NCBI GenBank assembly: GCA_010356995.1
Contig: ML996696.1
Location: forward strand, 498,364 to 562,363
Direction of reading: 5' to 3'
Origin: Trichodelitschia bisporula
Taxonomy: Eukaryota
DNA length: 64,000 bases
Shown here: in pieces, positions 9,775 through 22,673 of the stretch
Position numbering within the stretch: position 1 is the stretch's first letter
Layout: every line of letters starts with the position of its first letter
The notes under the pieces: generated by a model
Databases searched by the model: none
The model's input: the letters and a program-made list of their open reading frames with translations, nothing else
What the model was told of the DNA's origin: nothing
Program-made: the position numbers and the translations under genes

Positions 9775-12700
9775 GTGGCTCCTCCAAAGAGCACCGTAAC
9801 GCCGGGTTACATCTGGTGTCCCTATTGCGGCAACCAGTTTGGCCGGGCGGAGCACTTGGAACGGCACCTGTTAACACGTAGGGGACCTCCGCTAACCTCT
9901 CCGATGCTTTCATGGATACTAACGCTTCGGTAGATACCAACGTCAAGCCATTCAAGTGTTCCCTATGTCATATGTCCTTTGCCCGAAAGTAGGTTGATAC
10001 CATGGCCTGCTGCCCGTACGAGTGCTTATGTTGCTGCAGGGATCTTCGTCAACGGCACCTCAACACCATCCACTCCAACTGCGAGGACACATCCTCATCG
10101 GGTAACGTAAATGCCATGATGAAAACGACCGAACGGAATGCCATCGCATGCGAAAATTGTGCCCGAACTAAGACGAAGTGTGACAAATCTTTCCCGTGCT
10201 CGAGGTGCGAAGCCAAGGGCCTATCGTGTCGAGTTCGTGCTGCAAGGCGAAAGAGCAAGATTGCAAAGCGTGAAGAGCAAAATCATCAGCAACTGCTGAA
10301 CGGCGTCCAACCGGCATCTTCCAATTCGTCACAAGAAGCTTTGCCGAAGGGCGCGGAGGGGTCTCCGCAGCAGTTGCCTCCTGACACGTTCCCAGAGGAG
10401 TACGGCGGCAGCCAATTTCAGTCTCCCAGTTCCAGGTCATCAACGGTCATACTGACTCCAAGGCGGGGAACGGTTGCCAGCAATCCGGAGGAAGTCATGG
10501 TAGCAACGGCTGCCATGACTGGCCCTCTCAACTATACTCCAATGCTCGACCAGCAAATGGGTCCATGGTCATCACCGCAGGCTCAATTCGCCCAACAACA
10601 GCCCCAACCCTTCAATCCTATCGCAAGACCGGACGCAACAATGGCTCCGGGGATGACGGGGTCAATGGGTCCCTTTTTCGAGGCCGAGCGACAAATGGTT
10701 CCCGCCCTGTTCTCGGGCTACAGCCTGGGCAGCAATCCCTCTCTTCAACTTCATACGCCACTGAACACGCCTCCTCTTGCGTCTCCAAACTTCGATGGCA
10801 TCCATCATAGTCCATGGCCTTTGGCTAACGATTCCGCGTATTATTCTGGTGGTGTGGACCATGTCGTCGAGGACAACTCGCCTGACATGGATGCCTCGGG
10901 CAGTACTGAATTGACCCCGACCCCGACTGTTCGTGCGTATGATGGTTGGAACAGTTTCTGTTGCCACAGATTCATCTCCCCAGCCGATTGCCCGAGTACA
11001 GCTCAGTACAATCTTTCGAGTCTCCAGCAATTGCTGCAGGATAAGGGTTTCTGGGAGACTTGGAAGCTGCAGTGCCCGGATGCTGACCTGTCGAATTCCC
11101 AATTGAAAGTGGCACCATTGCAAGAAGACGCTCGAGACATCTTGTTTGCCGTTACGCAAAAGTCGTTTCGCACCGCCTCGAAACGGAGGAAAGATGGCAA
11201 TGTTGATGCAGGCTCCTCGACTGATCTCAAATTTGCTCCCCTTCCGCCAGCCCGAGTCCTGGAAAGGTTTTTGGAGCTGTATGCGGCCAAAGTTGAACGG
11301 CATTTTCCCATGACGCCTTTGGGCTGCCTTGACATCAATCGGCTGCTGAATCGTGCACCCAACAGCGAGCTGGCCAGTATTCTCGTCTTGCTGATGGTGG
11401 CCACCGGCGCTCTAGCGACTCAAAGCATCGACGCACGCTTGCTGAGCTGTGGCCTGACCGAGGCGAGTCGCGTTTGCCTCCGAAGCGTCATCGAGAAGGA
11501 CATCCGTCTCGCCAGGAGCCCAATGACTCACCATGCCGGTCTTCTTTTCATCATGTCGGCAGCGTGGAGCGGTGATAAGTGGCTGATGGACATTGCAATT
11601 GGACAAAGAGGCATGTACCTTGCCATGATGAGAGACACCAGGGTTCCAGAGTCTACTGCAGTGTCTGCGGAACCTATGTCGAGGTTGTCATGGGAGCACT
11701 GGCTGCGGCAGGAAGAGTCGAGCAGGCTGACATATTCGTGGTGCATTCTCGACCTTGAATTGGCGCTGTTCCACGACCAACAGCCCTTGATGACGCTCGA
11801 CGACTTCGTTGTACCGATGCCAACTGACGACAGTTTGTGGGAAGCGACGACTGAGCAGCAGTGGGGGGAAGCTTCCGAACGAGCTTACCCCGCAGGCAAC
11901 GACTGGCCACCGTCTCTTGGTGACCTTTTCGCGACCTTGAAGGAGGCACCCCACAGGATCCGTGGTGAAAGGTTAACCCTCCTCCAACTTCGCCTTTTGC
12001 TCCACCCCATTCTGTCGGAGGTAGGACAGTACAGGTCGTATTTGCGTGGCCTTCAGTCTCATGAATCTGGATCTGCTCGCCAGCGCTGCAGTGAAGTTCA
12101 GACGTTGCTCTCTCAATGGAATACACTCGCGGCACAGCACATCGAGGCGCGCGGTTCAAGTTGTGCGATACAATCGACTCTGGCTCTCTTCCAGCTCATT
12201 AGCCTGGCTGTCGTATCTGACATCAAGGCCATCGAAAAGTTTTCGCGCAGACCCCACCAGCTCAAGCCGTCCCGCTGCCTTGATCATGAGGAGCTCGCTG
12301 TCGTCCATGCATGCCAGGTTTTGCGACATATACGCCTGGTAACGCCATCACTCCGTCCACATTGGTGGGCAGCCGCTGTGTACCGAGCATCGATGACCAT
12401 CTGGTTCTGGACGTACATGCTGCCATCAAAGGTCGAAGCACCGACGTCACCGTCGGGCCGCTTCATGCTTGACAAGGCTCATATGGGTGAAGCCGAAGTG
12501 CAGCACTTTCTCCATTCCAAGGCTGGTGGTCCGATGATTGCACGGCAGGATGGCGTTGTTATCGAAGTGGATACTCCTCCATTGGCGCTGGGGGTTGGTG
12601 TTGAGATTCTTGATGAGGGATTCTTGAATACCTTTGGTGACGGTATCAGATTCAAGTTGGTTAGTATGACAAAGGAATTCCGAGGGGCGCCTGAGCGACT

Positions 12701-12788
12701 AACATCCACTCAGGATCGGTTCCATCAGGAACAGCAACGTATCCACGTGGGAATCGGCCGGCCGCGTGAGGTTGAGGCATGGGAATAA
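9775..12788 (+). CDS. CMR1: Melanin pathway transcription factor, Cmr1/Pig1/Amr1 type (2 C2H2 fingers + Zn2Cys6 + fungal TF domain); start codon uncertain
   Basis: Removing introns 9878-9933 and 9989-10039 gives CPYCGNQFGRAEHLERHLLTHTNVKPFKCSLCHMSFARKDLRQRHLNTIH, then CENCARTKTKCDKSFPCSRCEAKGLSC and WSGDKWLMDIAIGQRGMY. Sits next to a THN reductase. Start placed at GTG 9775 by inference. Confidence 0.92.
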
Positions 12789-15700
12789 GGTTGGGCGGGA
12801 TTGGGCGGACGGAGTTGGGCGGACGAGTTGGCACACTCATGACGGCTGACGAATTATCTTTGCGACCTGCTGCTGCTTCCATCAGTTTGCGGTCTTGAGG
12901 ATCATGAACTTTAAACGACTGGCACGACTCACGACAGCGACATCTTCAACAGCATGCCCTAATAGCTAGTAATATAATGCGGTCTCCGGTGCCGGGTGGC
13001 CGGCGCCCATGGATGGAGGCCATTGGAACGTAATTGATGGAAGTTGTAATTGAGTCTTGGGATCATGATGACAGAGGATGGTGCAGGTCGATAGTATGTG
13101 CAGAGTGGGGCAAAGCGGTTGAAGTGACGATGGAGTCCACGATGGCTTTGTATTTTAGAAACCTGCGCTTCTTTTTGGAGATATTCGGTATAATTCCTAA
13201 TTAATTCAGTGCAATCTTTCCCCTCAGGATGCTTGATGTCGCAACTGATCCTATTCCCTCAGCACGGCCAAAAAAAAAGGTTCGAGTAAAAGTGATTCGC
13301 CGGGGTTGCGGAAATCGGAGAGAAGCCAGAAGCGCGGGAGAATCCTCCACGTTATATCACCACGCCCACCCCATGTCCCGCACCAAGTCTTGTACCGTAG
13401 TCGAGCCCTGCAACACGGGATGACAGGGTGGCTCATAAAAAGAGACATGGGGTAAAGGTCGGGTGGTAACAACTACCGACACCGCAGCGCCATATTATGT
13501 TGATCGGATCCCCAATTCGCCTCCACGTTTCCACCACCACACAACCCCGGTCCATATTTGCATCCTACATTAGCTTAACTCGGCATCGAATACGAAATCC
13601 TGCTCCTGCTCGAACAGTCGCGCTCCATTTGCAGTACAGGCTAGAAGGTCAAACCACATGGGCTCTGGATCAGACAGTTGCCTTAGAAAGTCGCACGTTT
13701 CCTCGCCTTGCTAACTGAACGCGACTGTCATTAGCACAACCTAAAGCTTTCCACATCTAGGAAATCAGGAATGAAGGCGTTTGCTTTAGGGCTGTATACC
13801 ACCGTACGGAAAGGAGGGTCGTCAACCGCTCGGTAGTCATTCCGGGCAAAGTCCGGCAGCACATTAGCCGCCAAGTGTGCCACTATAACCTTTGCTCCAA
13901 CGGGAACATGCACATGCAATGAGTGGTACGCAGACAAAGTTGCATCAGCACCCAGTGCCATCATCCAGAGCTCATGATTGGGCTACCTGGGGCGGCCATC
14001 CACAACACTCTCTCTGACCATACTACCGGTATTGTGGGAACAGGATCGCCTGAATGGAGTGGAGACTGCGCCACCTTTCTCTAGCGTGAAGCAAAGCATA
14101 GTGCTCGACAAGAAAGCAGGTGTTGGTGAGCAGGGTCAGATGCTGCACCGGCCTTCACCCTTGAGACGGAGATTTAGGGCCGGGAAATTGTGCACACCTG
14201 CCCAGCATGGCTGAGTTGTGCGCAATATCAGGGAGCGTGGGGTTTGGTCTGGTTCGTGATCCGCATTACGCACATGGCCGCTTGATCTCGCCCGCAGGTG
14301 AGACAACGGGAGACTGCCGTGGGAGACATTGCGGCATCCAGAACGGTTTTTTGGACATTGACAGGTCAACTTGATAGGCTCCCACCGTTGGAGGTGCGGG
14401 GAAGGCGAGAGAATCTGACTGCCAATGGCCCACTAGCCATGCAGAACGCAGGAGGCCAGAGCTCTACCGGACGCCAGGATGCACGATAGGGAATAGCTGA
14501 ACTAAAATGCGGAGCCGTGCGGCGGGGATTTAAAGAGTGGGGAGGAATGTGGAGCTCGTACCTGGACTTCGAGGGTTGTCATGGATCATGGATCTTCATC
14601 TCCCCGAAAGCTTGGCCATCTAACTCCCATGACAATACAACTGTAAAGCCATCGTATCTCCCCAGGTAGCATATTGCGGGAGGAATGGAAGGGCTTTCGG
14701 GGACACAGTGGTGGAACACAGCAAGGCGAAAAGTAGTCGGCACCTCCTCGAATAGCATCAGGAAGATTTATGTTCGGGGAATCCATTAAACCCCACAGTT
14801 TAGTCCGTTAGGCAGTGGAGATCTCCGATCCGCTGCCGGGTAAAGCCAGGGCGTCCAACACGGCCATAACCCTCGGATACAGCAGTGGCTCGGCAAGGGT
14901 GACCCGAAGTGAGAGCAAGCCCATTAAGCCCAGTTGAAAAAGAAGCAGGAAGAATTCGGGTTGGGGTGAGAGAATCCATTGCACCCAGGGAAGTCGGCAT
15001 TTTCAAAGCCCGGGCGCCGACCTGCGGATGCATGATGCTGGTAAGCCAGTCGAATTTGTCCGGAAGTGGCGCGACGTGGCGTTTAACGATGACGGAACTC
15101 GAGTGGCTTGAGTCGACATACGACGTCCAACGACACTGGGGCTCGTGGAACAGCATATGGTGTTTGGTTTCTATGAGGTGTTAAAAGAAGAGAACGATTG
15201 CATTAGATACGATGAATGAACGAAGTCAGGAGAACGACGATACCAGGCGTCCGTAGCATCTGAATGTAGTTCTTCAGCAAACAAGCCATGAATTTCACTA
15301 CATCTACACTGCGCCAAAATTCGGATGGTATTGACAGTGACCCAACGTGTGTAGCACTGGACGGGAGTGCGGAGTAGCCGAAGACCTGGGGGGCCAGCTA
15401 CAGCCGGCAGATATTGATATGAAGTGAAGCAAAACAGTACGGTATGACAGCAAGAAATTCAATCGCTAGCGATACGACCCATGCACCAAGCACATTTGAC
15501 AGGGTTTAACATCACCGTCTCAGATATTACCAGCTTTCGAGGGAACAGCCCCCGTCCCGAGATAAAGATCGGATGCCATTGTTCGATCGGTAGCGCGTGG
15601 GAGATCTTGGGGGAAGCCGAACGGTATCCGAAGCTTAATCGGCAAAAGCGATGGCTGAGATTGGTCGTAACGTAAGCACAGTGAAATTGGAGAGGAGAGG

Positions 15701-18034
15701 TGAAGGATGCAGAATGGCAGAAGGCCTACGATCCGTAGTGAACATTGAGCGGAGGCAGAGCTGGCGCGGACGTCGGACGTTGGACGTTGATTTCTTTTCG
15801 GAGTCGGACGTGGGGAAAAGTGCCGGTACCGGGGGCCTAGCGTGCCAAGACGGGAGGTACGACCGGGTCAAAGCTTGGCATTCCGTGTCCCCCAGCCTCC
15901 TCCGCTTGTGTGGGGGAAAAAGAGAGTATTCGGACCGCAGTGGGGACCGCATTCCCCCGCTGTCTTCTGCTCAACCCTCACTACCAAAAACTGACCTTCG
16001 GCATCATCCCGACTCTCTCTCAGTCCGCGGCCGCAATGCACGGCTGAAACATGGTATATCAACATCCTCCCTCACTAGTGTGGAATATAGAATTTTCCCC
16101 AATTCGTTGCTGCGTGAAACATTTTGTGCCTGGAAACCGGCCTTGATGGCGGGGGGGAGGGGGGGGGGGTAAGGCGCACGAGCCTGGGGATTACGGATGG
16201 CGGCAACTTTAGCGCTGGTCTGAGGAGCGGGTGCCTGACGCCGGGTTTGATGGATGCATGTCAATGCCGCTTTGGCCAATGCAGGCCCGACCGATGCGCC
16301 ATGGACTCCGTTTGCCAGTCCCGCCCAAGGACTACATCCGTAAGGGACGCTGAATTTGACGAGCAAAGTACATCCGTACTGTACATTAACGACCGTCCTG
16401 GAGTCAGCGCAGTCTCCCTCTCTGTACGACAACACCGCGAGGCTGAGCGGCAGTCTGCCGCCGAGTCAACAGAAAATCACGGATGGATTGCGCCCAAGCG
16501 GAGCGCGTGTGAGCTCAATCAATATTATTCCGAGTCGTTGATGCAGCCGTGGCAACTCGCCACACTTGGGCCTCGGTCTCTTGATCTAGCGTCGCAAGCA
16601 CTGAATGCGGCATAAAGACATCAAGACAACAACTGCATACCGTAGATATCGCGAATGGGAAATCTTGGCATCCGAGCGCCTTCAGTGGAGACATTTCGGG
16701 GTTGATGTTGTGTTGTGCTTATTGCACCGTCACAGCCTCGCGGGCCCCAGCCACCCCCTCATCAGGCCGCCCCTCAATCAACCCCCCACCAAAAGCGGGA
16801 ATCGTGAGGCAACTTAAAATAGTTCAAGCATGGTTACACAGCATCCCTCCAGAATCAATCACCTCAAATGTTAGTCTGAGCCTTTCTGAAGCCATTTTCA
16901 GCTTCAGAATCAAGCGCTGTTCTTGCTGGCCGATCTTTTTACTCAAAACTGCTGCGCCCCTGAGTTATTAGCCCCGGTCTCGTCTAGTCTCATCGCTTTC
17001 CAGGCACCCAGGGTCCTCTCCTTCTGAGGCCCGGATGTAGGCCCCGCCTCTACCCCTCCACCTCCACCTCCGTATCTCCAATACAACATGTCCGAATCTT
17101 TATTGTTTTGCGGCTGTGGGACTAGGATATGTAGGTGGCCGTGGCATCGGCGGCCTGACGAGGCGCTGCTTATTTGCCTTCGTTGACCGCGGGTGATGGA
17201 TAAGCTGAAGGATGGAGTACATCGGATAGTTTGGATTTCCGAAGAACTTGGGAGTTGGTTCGACTCTGGTGCCGATTGCCGTTGCTTTGACTTTGACACG
17301 CTGCGCTGGCCCACCGAGATGGAACACCTGGAACAGACCTTTCTCCACCATCCAAGAAAGCTTTGACCGGTGCTGTCGTGCGCTGCTGGTACTGGGCCTG
17401 TCTCGAAAGTGGGTGCATGGCTGGATCGCAGTCTGCTTCGAAACCCCCTGCTCCTCTCCAAGATGCACTGCCTGCGGTGATAGGGCTGCAAGCCTTGTGT
17501 GCGCGCATTCGCCAGAGCAGAGACTCTAACCTTGTCTCCTGGACTGGTGAGGATGCGCCACAGCCATCGTCTGGCCTCCCATCCGCCGTCTTGCGGTGGA
17601 GCCGCTCTCCCTGTCGGTTTCTTGCCTTTCTTTCTCATTCCATCTCACCTCCAGCTTGATAGACCCCGGTTACAAGCCTGCCCAAACTTATGCGGGTAAC
17701 TGAAGTCAGAGTGTCTAGAGCCCCAGCCAATGCGGCGACACGCCCGTCCCTTCATCTTGGCTTGAGCGGTCGTTCTGAACGAAAATAGAGCGAGCCTATC
17801 GCCGAACCACTACTGTGCGGACTTAGTGGGGCCGCAGGTAAGCCGTACACGCCGCCAACCTGCAGTTCCGCCTCAATGCCTCCTGATTGATGGTGGGGTG
17901 GGGCGCACCGCGGGGCGGTTGCGAGGGCGGAGGTGAGGGGTGGGAGGGGGGCTTGTGCATCCAGCGCAGAGTCCATGCTTTTGCAGAAGGGGGTCCTTTT
18001 CTTCGAACTGGGCAAAGGGTGAGAATCGTAAAGG

Positions 18035-18040
18035 TATATA
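18035..18040 (+). promoter_or_regulatory. Probable TATA box of the reductase gene
   Basis: TATATA about 135 nt upstream of ATG 18173, followed by a CT-rich leader. Confidence 0.5.
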
Positions 18041-18172
18041 GTCCCCCGTCAGTCCCGCCTTCAGCCTTCCTTATCCCATCATCCAATCTTCCAGTCTTCC
18101 AATCTTCAGCTTGCTTTATACCCTCCATTTGTTTCACTTACTTCCAAATCCTACATCTATACCTCCATCATA

Positions 18173-19113
18173 ATGTCCGCCAACACCAACACCTGGAGCC
18201 TGGAGGGCAAGAACGCCGTCGTCACTGGCTCTGGCCGTGGCATTGGCAAGGAGATGGCTCTGGAGCTCGCCCGCCGCGGCGCCAACGTTGTCGTCAACTA
18301 CGCCAACAGCTCCGAAGCCGCTGAGAAGGTGGTCCAGGAGATCAAGGCTATGGGCCGGGACGCCATTTCCGTCAAGGCCAACGTTGCCGATGTGTCCCAG
18401 ACCGTGAAGCTGTTCGAGGAGGCCAAGAAGCACTTCGGCACCCTGCACATCGTTTGCTCCAACTCCGGCGTCGTCTCCTTCGGCCACTTCAAGGATGTGA
18501 CCGAGGAGGAGTTCGACCGTGTCTTCGCAATCAACACCCGCGGCCAGTTCTTCGTGGCCCGCGAGGCCTACAAGAACCTCGAGGTTGGTGGCCGCATCAT
18601 TCTCATGGGCTCCATCACGGGCCAGGCCAAGGGTGTCCCCAAGCACGCTGTCTACTCCGGCTCCAAGGGCGCCATCGAGACCTTTGTGCGTTGCATGGCG
18701 ATCGGTGAGCTACCCAGTCTCTAACCTTCCGCCAATTGGAAGCAATTCTCGCAGAAGTGCAGTTGAGCTAACGTTGGTCCCTAATCAGACAGCGGTGACA
18801 AGAAGATCACCGTCAACTGCGTCGCGCCCGGCGGCATCAAGACCGACATGTACCATGCCGTCTGCAAGGAGTACATCCCCGGAGGCGACAAGATGGACAA
18901 CGACCAGGTCGACGAGTATGCCGCGACTTGGTCCCCGCACAACCGCGTTGGGCAGCCCATCGATGTTGCCCGCGTTGTTGCTTTCCTCGCGTCGCAGGAC
19001 GGCGAGTGGGTCAACGGCAAGGTCATTGGTAAGTCAAGCCATATCTCCTGCACGCAGACACTTTCGAGCTAACCTGCAAAACCACAGGCATTGATGGCGC
19101 CGCCTGCATGTAA
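18173..19113 (+). CDS. BRN1: 1,3,8-trihydroxynaphthalene reductase (3HNR/THR1/BRN1), short-chain dehydrogenase of DHN-melanin synthesis
   Basis: [32 protein letters not shown] catalytic motif, [12 protein letters not shown]-terminal IGIDGAACM. Introns 18705-18788 and 19029-19087. Confidence 0.95.
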
Positions 19114-20894
19114 ATCTCTCGAGCTGGACGATTCTCTGGGGGCACTAGGGCAGCAGAGGTCAGGGATGCTTGCGCATACGACATTGCTTGTTTAATGGCC
19201 ACCCCACCCACCACCACTCCATCCACCTCAACACCTCCCCCGACGCTGTTTGTTTTGTATTTGATATTTGCATTGTGGTCACGCATTGTTATGGTTGAGC
19301 ATGTCGTACGGGACGAAGGTCGGAACCTCTTAACTAAAGGTTAGTTAGAGAAGGCAATGGGAATCTAAAATAAGCCGGTCGCCGGTGTGAAATTACTCTC
19401 TCACCATCGCTTGCCCACAGTGCCCCATCAGCCGAGATGTGCGCACTTTTCACCTTGCCTTTCCTGATGTTCGCTGCTCCAGAGTGTGTGTTGCATGCCG
19501 ATGACAGGTCAGACGCGTCCCAGGACTTCGGCATGCCACAAGCCATGTCTAGCGTGCAGAGGTGAGGTTAAAATATGAGTCAGGTTGGAGTATGCAGGTG
19601 CCGCTTCTTGCATGCGGCATACATTCTGAGCTACGTGGCGGTCTGCGTGAACCCTGAGGTGCTACGCCCAGACGCTTGAGTGCAACTAGAATCGGCGGTC
19701 CACCATCTTCGTTACGACAGTATGTAACTGATGGAAAAGGTAGTTGGGACACATGTCAAGAACGTCTGGCCTGGAGGACTGACACGTCAGTTCTATGAAT
19801 CAGGACAACTGGAGATCTGGTGGTTCCGATGGAAGACCTCTCAAAAACGAACTCCCTTGGTATGCCAGTTTCAGAAAATGCAAACATGCGGTGGGCAGCA
19901 ACGCGCCAGCGCCAAAACGTGACATGAAATGCGTTCCGTAGTCCAGACTTTCCCAAGCTGAAGCGGTGAGGTTGAACTCAGCTTCGCATATCCGGCATTT
20001 TCTTTTTCCTTGCCCGTGCTGTACCGATACAGTGAGAACATCCTGTCACCCCATGACCTCAGAAAGAGCTTCCCACCAGCCATTTCAACTCCGTTCTTCA
20101 CTGTTGAATACATATCAAGCACGGCATACTGGAGACAAATGTACTTCGAAATGGTGGACGTTGCTGATGAAGGCTACTCCTCTTCTTTAGGTCTACCGCG
20201 CAGCGCTCAAATCCTAGGCCCGCATTTTATTCCACTGAGGCTAGTACGTCAGGCCCGCATATTCGGAGAAACCTCAAAGCTCTGCACAGCTGCAAAGAAT
20301 AGCGCCAATCATGTTGACCCGGATACATCATCCAATCGGGGATATTTCAGTTTCTTGGTGCCTTATTCTGGTTCTCCTCTAACTGTAGTCAAGACTTTTC
20401 ATTTTTAAATGCTTTGATGAGATCGAGGAGCATGCTACTGGTATCGGGTGCCTGTATTGAGACGTTCAAGTTGAATCCCTTGAGCTCAGCGGGAAGAGCC
20501 TTCATTTCTTTGAGCTTGACTACCGATGCATAGGCGCAAGTTGTGAGGAAGAGCTCGTCGAGATCATCGATGACACCATGACAAGGAATTAGCAAGACGT
20601 CAAGCCAGGTACCCCATGGGTGCTTCACAGAAGTAGCCGGCCGATAGGTAACGTCCGCAGATGACAGTATTCGTGATGAAAGGAGACCATATCGTCTATG
20701 TGTATCAGGGGCCACACGTTGGTAGATCAGCAGTCACCACCACATTCATTTCCGCAGACCTAGCATATGATATCGCCATAGACGCGCGTGTAGGATGACC
20801 GCAACGAACCCATAGTCTTCTTTCAGGAAGAAAAACCACCTCCTTTCAAACGCCGGGCACCGATTCCAACGCCGAAGACAGCCGTATGAATACA

Positions 20895-21597
20895 CTAGTA
20901 GCCGCGACCACGACCACGCCCTCCCCTCGGAGCAAAACCCCCACGGCCTCCGCTGCTGAAGCCGCCTCCGCGGGAGAAACCACCTCCACGGCCACCACGA
21001 CCTCTAGGCGCACCACGACCACCACCCCGTCCGCCGCGACCACCACCACGCATGGGCCCGCCGCGCGACGCTCCTCCAATCCGCTTGGGTTTCGGCTGGC
21101 CCGGCAGCGGCTTCGGCTTCGGCAGGAACTTCTCCAGGGGAAGCAACTTGTCGGTACCGATGAAGAATTTATCGCCGGATTTGAACGAGGAGGCTACAAT
21201 GCCATCCTGAGGCTTGATCGTGAAGAAGACTTGGTTGACGGGTCCTAGAATCTCATCCACTTTTCCAATCGGCGACTGGGGCTCGTCAGTGTTTGCGCGC
21301 AACTCCGGCCAGGGGCTCTGCCGACCTTGTTTTCGAGGAAGATCGGAGCATTGAAGTATGGTATCTTAGGGTTGACCGACTCGCAGACGAGTTCTCCTTC
21401 GCAAGCGTGTACAAATTTGCCGAGCTCGACAACGGCAGCTGGAGGGCCGGTCTGCTGGAAGCCGCCACGGCCTATGCCAAAATATTAGCCTCTGTGAGCA
21501 ACACAATCAAGATTCATTGGAGCCTACCCCCGCGATTTCCGAAACCCCCAAAGTTCGCACCGGTACCGCGACCGCGACCACCGCCTCGGAATGACAT
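20895..21597 (-). CDS. GAR1: H/ACA snoRNP subunit Gar1
   Basis: MSFRGGGRG start, RGG-rich termini, core PYFNAPI / [20 protein letters not shown] / [13 protein letters not shown]. Two short introns. Confidence 0.95.
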
Positions 21598-22673
21598 TGT
21601 GATTGTTGTGGTTGTGGCTTGGGGACTTGGGTCGTGATCCGTCAGTACTTCTTGAGCTCCGAAAATTTCAAAGCTTTCCCTCCAGACTGGGGTCAGTTTT
21701 CGGAAAAACTTTAATCCTCCCGATGAAGAGCCGCAACTCCAATCAGAAAGTCCAACGATGCCCCACACGGGCACCCACGACACGGTAGGTGCAATAATGG
21801 AGAGCTCCACACAAAGGGTATCAACGTGGAGTCAAGGCTTTCGACTACAGGACAACTTCACCTCCGTCATTTCATTTCCTGAATAGGTTCCCGCAATAAC
21901 TAACCTTAGCTGCTAGGGTAACCATAGTTTATTTATCGTCCCGCATCGCTGCGAATACTCTTCCCTGGGTCGGTACGCTTATCATTGTGTGCCCCTGTTT
22001 CCTTGCTGGCCTGCTATCCAATAATTACTACAGGAATCCTACCCGTTGTTGACGACATGCGCCGGCAAGCATCGTCCTTTCGACCATGGGGCAGCCGAAG
22101 CACGGCATTCATCTACACGTGACAGTTCCCTATAGTCAAACCCCGCATTCGGCGTTGAACTCTCCTCGATCATCTTTTCATGTCATACTGTATTCAAGGC
22201 CCCGAACCGACAAAGGCGCTTCCAGTTTTAGGTTCAGCCATAGGAGTTTCCTGAAGCTGGACGTCCAAGGTCGAGGGTCATATGTGCTTAGCCGTTGCTG
22301 ACGCCGTGTTTCCCGATAGTACCGCTGAATCTTCTTATCTGCCGGCATGTAATGGTGAGGCTGGATGAATTTGCACATATCTGAGTTATGAGGGAGACTG
22401 CATTGTTCTAACCTTCTTTGATTTTAAGGACATGAAAGCAATATCGGAAATCTTTTAGAGATCTGCTCTTTTGGTATACTGCGCCGGCATTCCTTCCATA
22501 ATTGTTTTTGACTCAAGTCCGCTGCTACATGCAAAACCCAGTACCAGTGGGCCATCCGGTTCCTTACCCCGGCCATATCAAGTCTATTGGCAGCTATTTG
22601 AAGGGCATTTCAGGCCCCTAAAGCAGCGCTAAGTCAACACCTAGTTAAGCTTCTCATCTTCCTCGGTATCAAA

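Noticed and set aside
10002..10039. ORF-track start MACCPYECLCCC for the 928-aa protein
   Set aside because: Lies inside CMR1 intron 2. The Cys-rich look is intronic, though it could be used if the intron is retained.
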